From Thainema sp. (GTDB lineage Bacteria > Cyanobacteriota > Cyanobacteriia > Phormidesmidales > Phormidesmidaceae), in NCBI GenBank assembly GCA_052168235.1, contig JBQLZK010000040.1:1-64000 (forward strand): a stretch of DNA of 64,000 bases, written 5' to 3'. Below are positions 29,025 to 40,645 of the stretch, piece by piece. A program made the position numbers and the translations under genes. Under the pieces are notes generated by a model. It saw only the letters and a program-made list of their open reading frames with translations, made no database searches and had not been told where the DNA came from. The number at the start of each line of letters is the position of its first letter. Position 1 is the first letter of the stretch.

Positions 29025-29096
29025 GCCCGTGTAGCTCAGTGGTAGAGCGCACCCTTGGTAAGGGTGAGGTCACGAGTTCAATCCTCGTCACGGGCT
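29025..29096 (+). tRNA. trnT: tRNA-Thr (GGT)
   Basis: GCCCGTG TAGCTCAGTGGTAGAGC..CACCC-TT-GGT-AA-GGGTG..GTTCAATC..CACGGGCT. Confidence 0.98.
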
Positions 29097-29192
29097 TTTA
29101 ACGAAGCCTAATTTGTGATATGGTCAGCTTGATAATCGCGGCTTTTGTGGTGTTAAGCTTCAGGATAATCGGGATTGAAGCCATCCATTGCT

Positions 29193-29714
29193 ATGCGTGG
29201 TTTGATGAATGCTTTGATATGTGGCGGTGCGCGTTTGCAACCAGGCGCGATCGCAATTTTTATTCTCTGTATTTTCAGTTTGAGTGGTTGCGATGTGCGA
29301 TCGCAGATTGCAGGCGGTGGTTCTAATATTGCTCAAACGGATGCCGTAAAGATTTTACTTGTCACGGATCAGCTGTCCGAGCGCACCTTGCGCGTTGATC
29401 AGAGCCCAGTTGGATACGACTTTGATTCTCGGATCTTCAAAATTGGCCCGACGGTGATTCAGTACGACGCTCAGGATCGGATTCAGCAAATTGGTGATGA
29501 TGCGATCACGTACAGCGACCAAGGGCAGATAGTGCAGATTGGTGATCAAGCCGTGACCTATAACGATGCGGGTTGGCTGGTTGCTCTCGGCGATACACCT
29601 ATTGCGTACAACCGTAGTGGAGGCATTGTGCAAATTGGGGCAGACGCTTTGCAGTACGACCGTAGGCGCAGAGTAACTGCTGTTGGTGATGTGGCTATTG
29701 AATATGGGCCTTGA
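29193..29714 (+). CDS. Putative lipoprotein with ~16-aa YD-like repeats
   Basis: Lipobox LSGC; repeats I-x-Y-D/N-x-x-G-x-I-x-x-I-G. Confidence 0.75.
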   Translation: MRGLMNALICGGARLQPGAIAIFILCIFSLSGCDVRSQIAGGGSNIAQTDAVKILLVTDQLSERTLRVDQSPVGYDFDSRIFKIGPTVIQYDAQDRIQQIGDDAITYSDQGQIVQIGDQAVTYNDAGWLVALGDTPIAYNRSGGIVQIGADALQYDRRRRVTAVGDVAIEYGP

Positions 29715-29731
29715 TTGGTGGATCAGGTGTG

Positions 29732-30601
29732 ATGGCTCAGCGGTGCTGGATAGATGGACAGTTAGTTGTTGATCGGTCAGTCGAGCAATTCGTTTCTGAA
29801 CAAGCTCAATCCGTTCAATTAGGTAACGGTCTGATTCCGGTTAATGATCCAGGTTGGCTTTATGGCGCAACCGTCTTTACGACGCTGCGGGTTTACAACC
29901 AGTCGCTGTCTCATCCGCTCACGCACTGGTCGGCTCACTGCGATCGCATTCAACAATCTGTTCAATTCTTTAATTGGTCAGCACCGAATTGGTCCCAAAT
30001 CGAGCAGGGTGCTTCAATTTTGGCTGCCGATTATCCCGTCCTGCGTCTGGCAATTTTTTCGGATGGTAAAGAATTAGTTACGGGTCGCAATCTACCTGCG
30101 GATCTGGAACAGCGTCAGCAGCAGGGTGTTACGGCATGGATTGCAGAGGGAAAGCCGTATCAGCGCTGGCTACCTGAGCATAAAACTGGCAATTACTTAC
30201 CCTGTTGGCTAGCGCGACAGACAGCTCTAGCGCAGGGATGTCAAGAAGCGATCCTGATCAACGATTTGGGCGACTGGCTGGAAACCAGTACAGGCAATCT
30301 CTGGGGCTGGAAAGATGGCTGCTGGTGGACGCCGCCGCTGAGGGCTGGAATTTTGCCGGGAATTGTGCGATCGCACTTAATCCATCTACTCAAAGCCACC
30401 GGGCAAACGGTACGAGAAGAACCTTGGTCAGCCCAGCGGACAGTCGAATTTGAAGCCGTGGTCTACACTAATAGCATTGTCCAACTGATGCCGATTCACA
30501 CTGTTCTCAGAAATGATCAGTATCAGTCCTATGACCCCAAACACACTGCTATCAAGATCTTAAGGAATCTCTACGTTCACGGGCAAAGCGAGAAATTCTG
30601 A
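29732..30601 (+). CDS. Class IV aminotransferase / aminodeoxychorismate lyase-like
   Basis: LYGATVFTTLR, HKTGNYL, LETSTGNL, GILPGIVR. Confidence 0.88.
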   Translation: MAQRCWIDGQLVVDRSVEQFVSEQAQSVQLGNGLIPVNDPGWLYGATVFTTLRVYNQSLSHPLTHWSAHCDRIQQSVQFFNWSAPNWSQIEQGASILAADYPVLRLAIFSDGKELVTGRNLPADLEQRQQQGVTAWIAEGKPYQRWLPEHKTGNYLPCWLARQTALAQGCQEAILINDLGDWLETSTGNLWGWKDGCWWTPPLRAGILPGIVRSHLIHLLKATGQTVREEPWSAQRTVEFEAVVYTNSIVQLMPIHTVLRNDQYQSYDPKHTAIKILRNLYVHGQSEKF

Positions 30602-30782
30602 TCTAAGTTAATATTAGTTAACATCATTAATATTCGGATATGGCAATTGCTGTTTTAGGACGGAGATGAGTTGCGAGTGGCGGAGCCACTCACCAATACA
30701 CTCCTGACCCAGGCAGCTAGAGCTATAACATCATTCGGATAAAGCCCTCAAGAGCTGAATATTCATAGGAGGATTAGCTCCA

Positions 30783-32627
30783 GTGAACAAACGATGGAGA
30801 AATGCAGGGCTCTACGCTCTTCTCGCAGTTGTTGTCATCGCCTTGGCAACAGCACTCTTCGATAGTCCTCGTCAAGAGGTCACCACTTGGTCATATAGCC
30901 CTCAATTTGTCAATGCAGTTGAGCAAGGCCAAATCGAGCGCGTCAGCATCAGTTCTGATAAGCAGACCGCTCAGTTCACCAATCCCGATGGCACAGGTCG
31001 CGTCACGGTTAACTTGCCGAACGACCCTGAGCTGATTGATATTTTGACTGCTAACGATGTTGATATCGTTGTTCAGCCACAGCAGGATGAAAACGTCTGG
31101 GCACGAGTGCTCAGCACGTTATTGATTCCCTTTCTGCTGCTGGTTGTTCTGTTCTTTGTCCTTCGCCGTGCTCAAAGTGGCCCTGGCAGTCAGGCCATGA
31201 ACTTTGGGAAATCCAAAGCGCGGGTTCAGATGGAGCCACAAACTCAGGTAACGTTCGGCGACGTGGCCGGAATTGAACAGGCCAAGCTCGAGCTGACTGA
31301 AGTTGTAGACTTCCTCAAAAATGCCGATCGCTTCACCGCAGTCGGCGCAAAGATTCCCAAGGGCGTACTCCTAGTTGGCCCGCCGGGAACAGGTAAAACG
31401 CTGCTAGCTAAAGCGGTAGCGGGTGAAGCAGGTGTTCCCTTCTTCTCAATCTCGGGTTCCGAGTTTGTCGAAATGTTCGTTGGTGTGGGTGCGTCTCGCG
31501 TCCGCGATTTATTTGAACAAGCGAAGTCCAATGCGCCCTGTATCGTCTTTATTGATGAGATTGACGCCGTTGGTCGTCAGCGGGGTGCCGGTCTCGGCGG
31601 CGGTAACGATGAGCGGGAGCAAACGCTCAACCAGTTGCTGACCGAAATGGACGGCTTTGAAGGCAATACTGGCATTATCATTATTGCCGCAACCAACCGT
31701 CCCGATGTGCTCGACGCCGCACTGCTCCGTCCCGGACGTTTCGACCGCCAAGTTGTGGTTGATCGCCCCGACTATGCAGGTCGCTCTGAGATCCTGACCG
31801 TTCATGCTCGCGGCAAGACGTTTGCGAAGGATGTTGATCTGGACAAGATTGCTCGTCGGACGCCTGGTTTCACGGGTGCTGACTTGGCTAACTTGCTCAA
31901 CGAGGCAGCCATTCTGGCCGCTCGGCGCAACCTGACTGAAATCTCAATGGATGAAGTCAACGACGCAATTGACCGCGTGTTAGCTGGACCAGAGAAAAAA
32001 GACCGGGTGATGAGCGAAAAGCGCAAGCAGCTGGTGGCTTATCACGAAGCGGGCCACGCTCTGGTTGGTGCCCTGATGCCAGATTATGACCCTGTTCAAA
32101 AAATCAGCATCATTCCTCGCGGTCGGGCTGGTGGTCTGACCTGGTTCACCCCCAGCGAAGATCGGATGGATTCTGGCCTATACTCCCGCTCCTATCTGCA
32201 AAATCAGATGGCAGTTGCACTCGGTGGTCGGATCGCTGAAGAGATTGTCTTCGGTGAGGAAGAAGTGACCACGGGAGCTTCCAATGACCTCCAGCAGGTG
32301 GCGCGTGTTGCTCGTCAGATGGTGACTCGCTTCGGTATGAGCGATCGGCTTGGCCCCGTGGCGCTGGGTCGTCAGCAGGGCAATATGTTCCTGGGTCGCG
32401 ATATCAACTCTGAGCGCGACTTCTCTGAGGAAACCGCAGCGGCCATTGACGACGAGGTGCGCAACCTAGTTGAGCAGGCTTATCGCCGCGCCAAGCAGGT
32501 TCTGACCGAAAACCGGACGGTTCTAGATCACTTGTCTGAGATGCTGGTTGAGAAAGAAACGGTTGATGCAGAGGAACTACAGCAGTTGCTCAATGAGAGT
32601 GATGTCAGCGTAGCTGCGATCGCATAA
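30783..32627 (+). CDS. ftsH: ATP-dependent zinc metalloprotease FtsH (FtsH3-like)
   Basis: [13 protein letters not shown]-terminus, [19 protein letters not shown]. Confidence 0.98.
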   Translation: MNKRWRNAGLYALLAVVVIALATALFDSPRQEVTTWSYSPQFVNAVEQGQIERVSISSDKQTAQFTNPDGTGRVTVNLPNDPELIDILTANDVDIVVQPQQDENVWARVLSTLLIPFLLLVVLFFVLRRAQSGPGSQAMNFGKSKARVQMEPQTQVTFGDVAGIEQAKLELTEVVDFLKNADRFTAVGAKIPKGVLLVGPPGTGKTLLAKAVAGEAGVPFFSISGSEFVEMFVGVGASRVRDLFEQAKSNAPCIVFIDEIDAVGRQRGAGLGGGNDEREQTLNQLLTEMDGFEGNTGIIIIAATNRPDVLDAALLRPGRFDRQVVVDRPDYAGRSEILTVHARGKTFAKDVDLDKIARRTPGFTGADLANLLNEAAILAARRNLTEISMDEVNDAIDRVLAGPEKKDRVMSEKRKQLVAYHEAGHALVGALMPDYDPVQKISIIPRGRAGGLTWFTPSEDRMDSGLYSRSYLQNQMAVALGGRIAEEIVFGEEEVTTGASNDLQQVARVARQMVTRFGMSDRLGPVALGRQQGNMFLGRDINSERDFSEETAAAIDDEVRNLVEQAYRRAKQVLTENRTVLDHLSEMLVEKETVDAEELQQLLNESDVSVAAIA

Positions 32628-32715
32628 TCGCATAAATTGCAACCCTGCATTTCTAAACGTTCAATTTGAGGATAAGGCGGCGCACATGCGTCGCCTTTAC
32701 TCATAAATAGCCCTC

Positions 32716-32788
32716 TAAACCCCAACAGGATTGAAAAGTGGAGTTTTCCCTGAGGGAAAACTCCACTTTTCAATCTAGATTTGGTTGA
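32716..32788. mobile_element. Palindromic mini-element family D, copy 1
   Basis: GATTGAAAAGTGGAGTTTTCCC-TGA-GGGAAAACTCCACTTTTCAATC; aligns with 50584-50656. Confidence 0.85.
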
Positions 32789-32799
32789 ACAATTACGAT

Positions 32800-33720
32800 T
32801 TAGCGATTAGCGGATGAGCCGTTGGCGTTTGCGATCGCATCCTTAGTGTAGTGGTCGTCGAACTTTTCTTGATTGAAATAGTAAAGCGTTCGAATCGGAT
32901 AAGGAATATTGAAATCGGCCTCGTCGCAGGCTTTCTTCAGCGCAATCACCACACTAGACTGAATTTGTCGCACATGCACCTTTTGCGGCTTTGTCCAGTA
33001 GCGCACCACAAAATCAATTGAGCTTTCACCAAAGCCCACCAAATCCACTTCTGGGGCTGGCGTTGACAGAACACCGTCTACATCCGGGAGCGCCATCAGC
33101 AGTATCTGACGCGCCCGTTCCAGCGGCGTGTTGTAGTCGAGTCCAATCGCTAAATCCGTCCGGCGATAGGGCAAATCGGTTAATACCCGCACGGCACTGG
33201 TAAACACAACGGAATTGGGAATGACGATTCGCTCACCCTGATAGGTACGAATTTCGGTCGAGCGGATATTAATCGCTTCTACCGTGCCTTCAAAATCCTC
33301 GACCAGAATCTGATCGTTGAGTTGAAACGGCTCATTCAGCAGGAGCAAGATTCCGGCCAAGAAGTTCTGGGCAATGTCCTTAAACGCAAAACCAATGGCG
33401 ACTGAACTTAAACCAAGTAGCCCGATAATATCGCCCAACCCCAATTCTGGAAAAATGACAATACAGGCTAACAAGATACCGCTAGCCCAGGTTGCCACGA
33501 CCGCAATTTGCACCATTAAAGACTGCAACGAGCGGTTATCGAGAAACTTCTCAGACGTAGCTTTGGCGATACGTCGCACCATGCCCACGAGATAAATCGT
33601 CAGGGCAACAATAAAAATCGCCAGCAGCAGTGCAGGCAGGAACTTAATCCCTCCATCTAATAAGTCCAGTAGACTACCGTAAATGGTTTGGATTAAATCG
33701 TTAGGCGAGGATTCATTCAC
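32800..33720 (-). CDS. Small-conductance mechanosensitive channel (MscS family)
   Basis: AIGFAFKDIAQNFLAGILLL..PF, GTVEAINIRST, IPNS, IPYP. Confidence 0.93.
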   Translation of the reverse strand: MNESSPNDLIQTIYGSLLDLLDGGIKFLPALLLAIFIVALTIYLVGMVRRIAKATSEKFLDNRSLQSLMVQIAVVATWASGILLACIVIFPELGLGDIIGLLGLSSVAIGFAFKDIAQNFLAGILLLLNEPFQLNDQILVEDFEGTVEAINIRSTEIRTYQGERIVIPNSVVFTSAVRVLTDLPYRRTDLAIGLDYNTPLERARQILLMALPDVDGVLSTPAPEVDLVGFGESSIDFVVRYWTKPQKVHVRQIQSSVVIALKKACDEADFNIPYPIRTLYYFNQEKFDDHYTKDAIANANGSSANR

Positions 33721-33748
33721 AGATTTCGCTAGAATTCGTCAAAAGATA

Positions 33749-33871
33749 GGGGTGTTCTGATACAAAATTCGTTCGTAAAAACCAGTTTTTATTTTTATGA
33801 AAACCAGGTACAGCCGGACTTTCACAAAAATAATTCAGGTTCTTTCTAGTTGGATTTGGTATGAGAACCAC
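33749..33871. mobile_element. Decayed family A-like element with 13-bp flanking direct repeat
   Basis: Ends GGTGTTCTGATACAAAATTC..GGATTTGGTATGAGAACCAC; TCGTCAAAAGATA at 33736-33748 and 33872-33884. Confidence 0.75.
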
Positions 33872-34113
33872 TCGTCAAAAGATATACGCTGAAGACAGCA
33901 AGAACGGATGTGCGCGATCGCAGTTTTGCATCACAAGTTTGCAAAGGATTTGCGATCGCAACTGGCCGTCACAGTGTTCCTACTAAGGTAATGAATGCAA
34001 CGACAATACGCCACCTTGCCGTTGCACGTATCTGCTTTGGGAAAGAATATTCACTCCGATGACCCATAGCGCATCTCAGCCGCAAAACGCTACAGTGCTA
34101 ATGCATTCGTGAA

Positions 34114-34216
34114 TAAGTAGGTTGGCATAAATAAAGAAATTCAAAGAAATCTAAAAGCTGGGGGAGCGCTCCGGCGGAGCACTCCCCCGGTTTTTAGATT
34201 TATGTGCAGCTACTTA
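34114..34216. mobile_element. Palindromic mini-element family B, copy 2
   Basis: TAAGTAGGTTGGCATAAAT..ATTTATGTGCAGCTACTTA; core GGGGGAGCGCTCC-GGC-GGAGCACTCCCCC. Confidence 0.85.
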
Positions 34217-34245
34217 ATCCTGGTCAAAATGTGGAGCAGCAACGC

Positions 34246-35052
34246 ATGATCGAGCTATATCAATTTGAGATGTCGCACTACAGCGAAAAAGTGCGGTTGA
34301 TATTGGATTACAAGGAACTAGCCTATAAAAAGATCGAGGTCACACCAGGGGTGGGGCAGCTCGACCTCTATCGGATGTCGGGACAGCGACAGGTGCCCGT
34401 GATTAAAGACGATAAAACCGTGATTGGCGATTCCACTGCGATCGCAAAATATCTGGAGCGAACCTATCCCAGCAGACCCCTGATTCCGACCGATCCGAAG
34501 CAAAAAGCCCTGTGCCTGATGATGGAAGAGTGGGCCGATGAATCTATCGGTCTGAAGGGCCGCACGGCACTAATTGGCACCTTCAGTAAAAATTCAGCCT
34601 TCCGCAAAGCTGTGTTACCTAATTCCACGCCCGGCTTCTTGAAAGACTTAGTGGGAGCTGTACCGGGCGATATGCTGAGCGTTCTCGGCACAGGCGTTGG
34701 CTTTGGCCCGGATGCAGTCAAGGAAGCGATTGACGGACTGCGTCAGGATCTGGAAGTGCTCAGCACTCTGCTGGTCGATCAGCCGTTTCTGCTGGGAGAT
34801 GCGCCAACACTGGCTGATTTTGCGGTTGCCGGTTTGAGCATGTACCTCAAATTCCCCACGGGCAGCTATCTTGATATTCCCACATCTCTGAAAGGCCAAG
34901 GCGTACCGGGTTTGATCGACGATCCGGCCTATCAGCCCTTTTGGGAATGGCGCGATCGCATTTATGCCGACTATCGCAGCATCACCATGCCCTCAGCCAC
35001 ATCCACTAAAACGGCTGCCAGCAGCGGCCCCACCCGCATCGATATTGACTAA
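34246..35052 (+). CDS. Glutathione S-transferase family protein
   Basis: ELYQFEMSHYSEKVR, QVPV, DSTAIAKYL, PTLADFAVAG. Confidence 0.92.
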   Translation: MIELYQFEMSHYSEKVRLILDYKELAYKKIEVTPGVGQLDLYRMSGQRQVPVIKDDKTVIGDSTAIAKYLERTYPSRPLIPTDPKQKALCLMMEEWADESIGLKGRTALIGTFSKNSAFRKAVLPNSTPGFLKDLVGAVPGDMLSVLGTGVGFGPDAVKEAIDGLRQDLEVLSTLLVDQPFLLGDAPTLADFAVAGLSMYLKFPTGSYLDIPTSLKGQGVPGLIDDPAYQPFWEWRDRIYADYRSITMPSATSTKTAASSGPTRIDID

Positions 35053-35157
35053 ATCCGTTGCTACCCACAAGCTAGCGCTCAAGCAGGAAGTTTGTCCCCG
35101 CGAGACGACAACAAACTTCCTGCTTTGGCATCTATATTCCGTTTTTTTACTCTCTAA

Positions 35158-36318
<1,161 letters not shown>

Positions 36319-36443
36319 GCTCAAAACAATTTCCAACCTCAAAAACTTTATTTCCAATAAAGTCTAATAAGCTGATCTCTAGCCAAGAAAACCAAATTCC
36401 TGCATGATGGGCATCACAGCAATCGATCAGCGAGTCAAGGATT

Positions 36444-38306
36444 ATGAGTCTCCGTTTGGGTTGGCCAGTTCTAGGATGCGTATCGTTGAGCATGGTGGGA
36501 ACCATCAGCCTGCAAACCGTCGCATGGGCTGATGGGGCCTTATTTGTTGCCTATCCGCCGGAGAATCATGAAACGGTAGCGGATCAAATTTTCCTAATTG
36601 GCACTGCTGACCCGGAGATGGAGGTGCGGGTCAACGGTCAAGTGATTGAAAATCGCAGTTCCGATGGCCATTTTGCGCCCAGCTTTCCCCTGGAAATTGG
36701 TGAGAACACGTTTACTCTAACTCAGGGTGAGGAGACGCTGACGCTGATGGTCACTCGTTTATCAACCGTGCCGCCAGTGCCGGAGGGGACAAATTTTTTG
36801 GCCGATTCTTTGTATCCCAATGTGGATATCGCGCGACGGCCAGAGGATTTGATTTGTTTTGATGCGATCGCACCTGCTAACGCCACCGTATCCGTTCAAC
36901 TGGGACAAACAACGCTGCCGTTGATGGCCGAGTCACAAATTACGGAACTACCACCCAACTATGCGGTTTTGACCCAAACCAATGCGCCACAGCAGATACC
37001 CGTTTCAGATCGCTACCGGGGCTGTACAACGGGCGAGACGTTCCTGCGCGATCGCACGACCAGCGTATCCAACCCATCGGCATCGGCGGCATTACCCGTC
37101 AATTTGGGCGCACCCGTTTATCAGCTGGCAATCAATGGTGAGACGACAACGCAATCCAGCGCAGGCTCCGTGGAACTGTTGTCTCTTATCCAGTTTGAAG
37201 TAGCCGAAGTCACCGTTCCACAAGGCGTCGCACGGACTGGGCCTGGGACGGACTTTTCGCGCTTGACCCCGTTGCCTCAAGGTACTCGTGCTGCCGTAAC
37301 GGGACGGGACGGCGAATGGCTACGGTTGGACTATGGAGCCTGGATTCGAGCCAGTGAAACCCAGGTGTCACCCAGTACCGTGCCGCCCCGCTCCATCATT
37401 CGCAGCATTACATCACGCCAGATTCCTGGCTGGACAGAAGTGATTTTTCCGCTGCAAACGCCTGTACCCGTCACCGTCGATCAGAGCGATCGCACATTGA
37501 CGCTGACGCTGCACAATACCACAGCTCAAACGGATACGATCTACTTCAGCGAAGATCCTGCTGTTTTGCGGATGGACTGGCAACCCGGCACAACGGCAGC
37601 ACCGAGCTACACGTTTCAATTTCGCGGCGATCAGCAGTGGGGCTACAAGCTGCGCTACGACGATACCAGCTTAATTTTGTCGCTGAAGCATCCGCCCGCG
37701 ACCGTTACCGATTCGCTGTTTGATATCAATACGCCCCTGACGGGTCTGTCCATTCTGCTCGATCCGGGACATGGGAGTGCCAATGATTTAGGGGCACGGG
37801 GGCCAACAGGCTATCCCGAGAAGGATGTGACGCTAATCGTATCAAAGCTGTTGCGGGATGAGCTAGAAGCGCGGGGCGCAACGGTGTATCTGACCCGTGA
37901 AGGCGACGAGGATCTATATCCTCAGGATCGGGTCGATATGATTGAGCAGATTGAGCCAGATTTGGCGCTCAGCGTTCACTACAATGCGCTGCCGGATAAC
38001 GGCGATGCTTTAAATACGGCTGGTATCAGCACATTCTGGTATCACGCCCAGGCGCACGATTTAGCGGCCTTTCTGCACAATTATCTGGTCGAGCAACTGG
38101 GGCGGGAATCCTACGGCGTGTACTGGAACAACCTGGCGCTGACCCGTCCTGCGGTAGCGCCATCAGTGCTGCTAGAGCTGGGATTTATGATTAATCCCAC
38201 TGAGTTCGAGTGGATTACCGACCCCGATGCCCAAGCAGAGCTGGCGGCAACCCTAGCGGATGGTATTGTGGCTTGGGTGGAAACCACCTCAGTTGCGGCT
38301 CAGTAG
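36444..38306 (+). CDS. N-acetylmuramoyl-L-alanine amidase (Amidase_3)
   Basis: Signal peptide; LLDPGHG, EKDV, SVHYNA, LLELGFMIN. Confidence 0.92.
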   Translation: MSLRLGWPVLGCVSLSMVGTISLQTVAWADGALFVAYPPENHETVADQIFLIGTADPEMEVRVNGQVIENRSSDGHFAPSFPLEIGENTFTLTQGEETLTLMVTRLSTVPPVPEGTNFLADSLYPNVDIARRPEDLICFDAIAPANATVSVQLGQTTLPLMAESQITELPPNYAVLTQTNAPQQIPVSDRYRGCTTGETFLRDRTTSVSNPSASAALPVNLGAPVYQLAINGETTTQSSAGSVELLSLIQFEVAEVTVPQGVARTGPGTDFSRLTPLPQGTRAAVTGRDGEWLRLDYGAWIRASETQVSPSTVPPRSIIRSITSRQIPGWTEVIFPLQTPVPVTVDQSDRTLTLTLHNTTAQTDTIYFSEDPAVLRMDWQPGTTAAPSYTFQFRGDQQWGYKLRYDDTSLILSLKHPPATVTDSLFDINTPLTGLSILLDPGHGSANDLGARGPTGYPEKDVTLIVSKLLRDELEARGATVYLTREGDEDLYPQDRVDMIEQIEPDLALSVHYNALPDNGDALNTAGISTFWYHAQAHDLAAFLHNYLVEQLGRESYGVYWNNLALTRPAVAPSVLLELGFMINPTEFEWITDPDAQAELAATLADGIVAWVETTSVAAQ

Positions 38307-38342
38307 CTGAGTGAGTGTTGAGGACTGAGCACTCAGCGAGGG

Positions 38343-39416
38343 TCAGCCTTGTGCAGGGGAAGCCGGAATCCGAACTTTGCGGGTGGGCACAATTTGAACT
38401 TGTAAGTCCACTTCAGTTTGGAGTTCTTTGCTAATTTGGCTGTGAACTGTCTGGATTTGCAGATCTGAAACTGAGTTGGGGGGAGCCATGAGTTCCATCT
38501 GGATCAGGAGCTGACCGGATTGCGATCGCACTGTCAATGATGCAATTTCGGCTTGCTCCACTGGCGAAAGCTGATCTTGGATAATTTGCAGTACCTGTTG
38601 ACGAACGTTGGCATTGACCAGCAGATTATTCAACGAAAAGCCCAGCGGAACGCCGAGAATTCCCAGAACCAGAAGGGAGGCGGTTAAGCCACTCTGGGCT
38701 CGCGCCAATGAGCCATAGCGCTGCCACAAGCAAACCATAATGCCGCTAAAGATGATGGCTGTGAGGTTGGTGAGAAATAACAGGCTAGCTCCTATCAACA
38801 CGTCTAGATCACCAAACGCAATGCCAATGCCGATGACACTCAAAGGAGGCACCAGCGCAACTGCGATCGCAACTCCAGGAAAGGAATCTGCAACGTGACG
38901 CCGTGATTTAGCAAATGCTCCGGCGGCACCAGCGGCTAGCGCCACCCCTAAATCAATCAGGGTTGGCTGGGTACGGGCGGTAATTTCGGGATTGAGAGTC
39001 CGTAAGCCAATTAACCAGGTGATGACAGTGGCACTGATGATGGTTGCGAGCGTACCTGCCAACAGCGTCAATGCGGCTCGCTTAAACAAGCGACGATTGG
39101 CAATCGCCAGCGCATAGGCCATGCCAATAATTGGCCCCATGAGCGGCGCAATAATCATTGCTCCAATTACAGTGGCTGTGCTGCCTGCCAGTAATCCCAG
39201 CGTCGAAATTATGCCCGACAGGGAGAGCATGACAAAAAAGCTGAGGGAGGGCACCGACTCCCGCCACAGAATTTTGTTCAGCGCGGCAATGGTGACTGGC
39301 TTTTCGGCCAGCCAACGCCAGTCTCCGCTGTTGCTTTTCCAGAAGTTGCGCCGAAATCGACGGAGCCGAGCTGCAAACCTCAGCAGCGATCGTCGTTTTG
39401 CCATTGCCATATCCAT
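38343..39416 (-). CDS. DUF389 membrane protein
   Basis: TVIGAMIIAPLMGPI, GVAIAVALVPPL, LFLTNL. Confidence 0.9.
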   Translation of the reverse strand: MDMAMAKRRSLLRFAARLRRFRRNFWKSNSGDWRWLAEKPVTIAALNKILWRESVPSLSFFVMLSLSGIISTLGLLAGSTATVIGAMIIAPLMGPIIGMAYALAIANRRLFKRAALTLLAGTLATIISATVITWLIGLRTLNPEITARTQPTLIDLGVALAAGAAGAFAKSRRHVADSFPGVAIAVALVPPLSVIGIGIAFGDLDVLIGASLLFLTNLTAIIFSGIMVCLWQRYGSLARAQSGLTASLLVLGILGVPLGFSLNNLLVNANVRQQVLQIIQDQLSPVEQAEIASLTVRSQSGQLLIQMELMAPPNSVSDLQIQTVHSQISKELQTEVDLQVQIVPTRKVRIPASPAQG

Positions 39417-39648
39417 CGGTTTGAGAAGATGCCTGAAATTATCGCAGTCTCCTGGCTCAAATGATATGGATCAAATGGCATTAATGGCATCAGCATTGCT
39501 TAGACATGAACGCTTGAACATTGTCGGCAGAAAACTTATGCCTGTCACTTCCGTCCTCAGCCAGAGAGATAGCTCGATGCCAAGCGTTAACCTGCAAACA
39601 CGAAGTCTTGATAGGAAGTAAGCGTTAGTCGAATAGTGGTTGGTTGAC

Positions 39649-39699
39649 AGTTGGCTGGTTGATGGTAAGAGTTGGCTGGTTGATGGTAAGAGTTGGCTG
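39649..39699. repeat. 21-bp tandem repeat (~2.4 copies)
   Basis: AGTTGGCTGGTTGATGGTAAG x2 + AGTTGGCTG. Confidence 0.85.
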
Positions 39700-39851
39700 A
39701 TTGACTGATTAGGTGCGTTGCGTGAGATGGGACAGCCGAGAAAGCTTCCTGCGCGATTGTGCCATGCAGTTCATAGCGGATTTCAACATCCTATCCAACC
39801 GTAAATCTTATTGTTGTATACCTTGCATGATGGATGAGGTTTGCTATGATT

Positions 39852-39866
39852 TGAGAACGATTATCA
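39852..39866. promoter_or_regulatory. Zur-like 7-1-7 box
   Basis: TGAGAAC-G-ATTATCA vs cyanobacterial Zur consensus TGATAAT-N-ATTATCA, 26 bp before a metal ABC ATPase start. Confidence 0.7.
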
Positions 39867-39892
39867 TTCATTTTTTGCCTCACCTGAGTCCT

Positions 39893-40645
39893 ATGCTTGA
39901 GGTTCAAAGCCTATCTATCTACTACCGAGCCATCAAAGCCCTCGACAATATCGACCTCACGCTTCATGCTGGCGAGTTGGTGGGCTTGATTGGGCCAAAT
40001 GGAGCAGGTAAAAGCTCGCTGCTCAAGGCAATGCTGGGCTTGATTCCTGTGCATCAGGGGCGGATTTTGCTAAATGGACAGTCGCTGCAAAAACTGCGAT
40101 CGCAGATTGCCTATGTGCCTCAGCGATCGCAGATTGATTGGGATTACCCCATCACGGCGCAGCAGGTGGTGATGATGGCCTGTGCGGCACGGCAGGGCTG
40201 GTTCCAGTGGCCGAGTGCCCAATCCCGACAGCGAGCAATGGCTGCTCTCGATCGGGTGGAAATGGCGGATTTGGCGGAACGGCAAATTGGCGAATTATCC
40301 GGTGGGCAACAGCAGCGGGTCTTTTTGGCTCGGGCGATTGCCCAAGATGCCAGCGTGCTGCTGCTGGATGAACCGCTGGCGGGCGTCGATAAGCGCACTG
40401 AACAGATTGTGCTGGATGTGTTTACGGCTTTAAAGACGGAAGGTAAGACCCTGTTAGTATCGAGCCACGAGTGGGGGCAGGCGCTCAATCACTATGATCG
40501 GCTGCTGCTGCTGAATCAACGGTTGCTGGCCGACGATGTGCCACAGACGGTCATGACGTTTGATAATATTCGACGCGCCTTCGGGCGAGACATGTCCGCG
40601 TCATCTGCGGATGCGGCTGATTGGGAATCGATGCTGTTTTGTTAA
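39893..40645 (+). CDS. Zn/Mn ABC transporter ATP-binding subunit (ZnuC/MntA-like)
   Basis: GPNGAGKS, YVPQRSQIDWDYP, LSGGQQQR, LLDEP. Confidence 0.93.
   Translation: MLEVQSLSIYYRAIKALDNIDLTLHAGELVGLIGPNGAGKSSLLKAMLGLIPVHQGRILLNGQSLQKLRSQIAYVPQRSQIDWDYPITAQQVVMMACAARQGWFQWPSAQSRQRAMAALDRVEMADLAERQIGELSGGQQQRVFLARAIAQDASVLLLDEPLAGVDKRTEQIVLDVFTALKTEGKTLLVSSHEWGQALNHYDRLLLLNQRLLADDVPQTVMTFDNIRRAFGRDMSASSADAADWESMLFC

Noticed and set aside
28933..29200. tRNA pair as island integration site
   Set aside because: No integrase and no duplicated tRNA 3' end seen in the window
34204..34245. N-terminal extension of the GST ORF
   Set aside because: GTG start lies inside a family B element; the same applies to the puuE extension at 15131, which starts in a palindrome
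39649..39699. 21-bp repeat as mini-CRISPR or iterons
   Set aside because: Head-to-tail with no spacers and no rep gene
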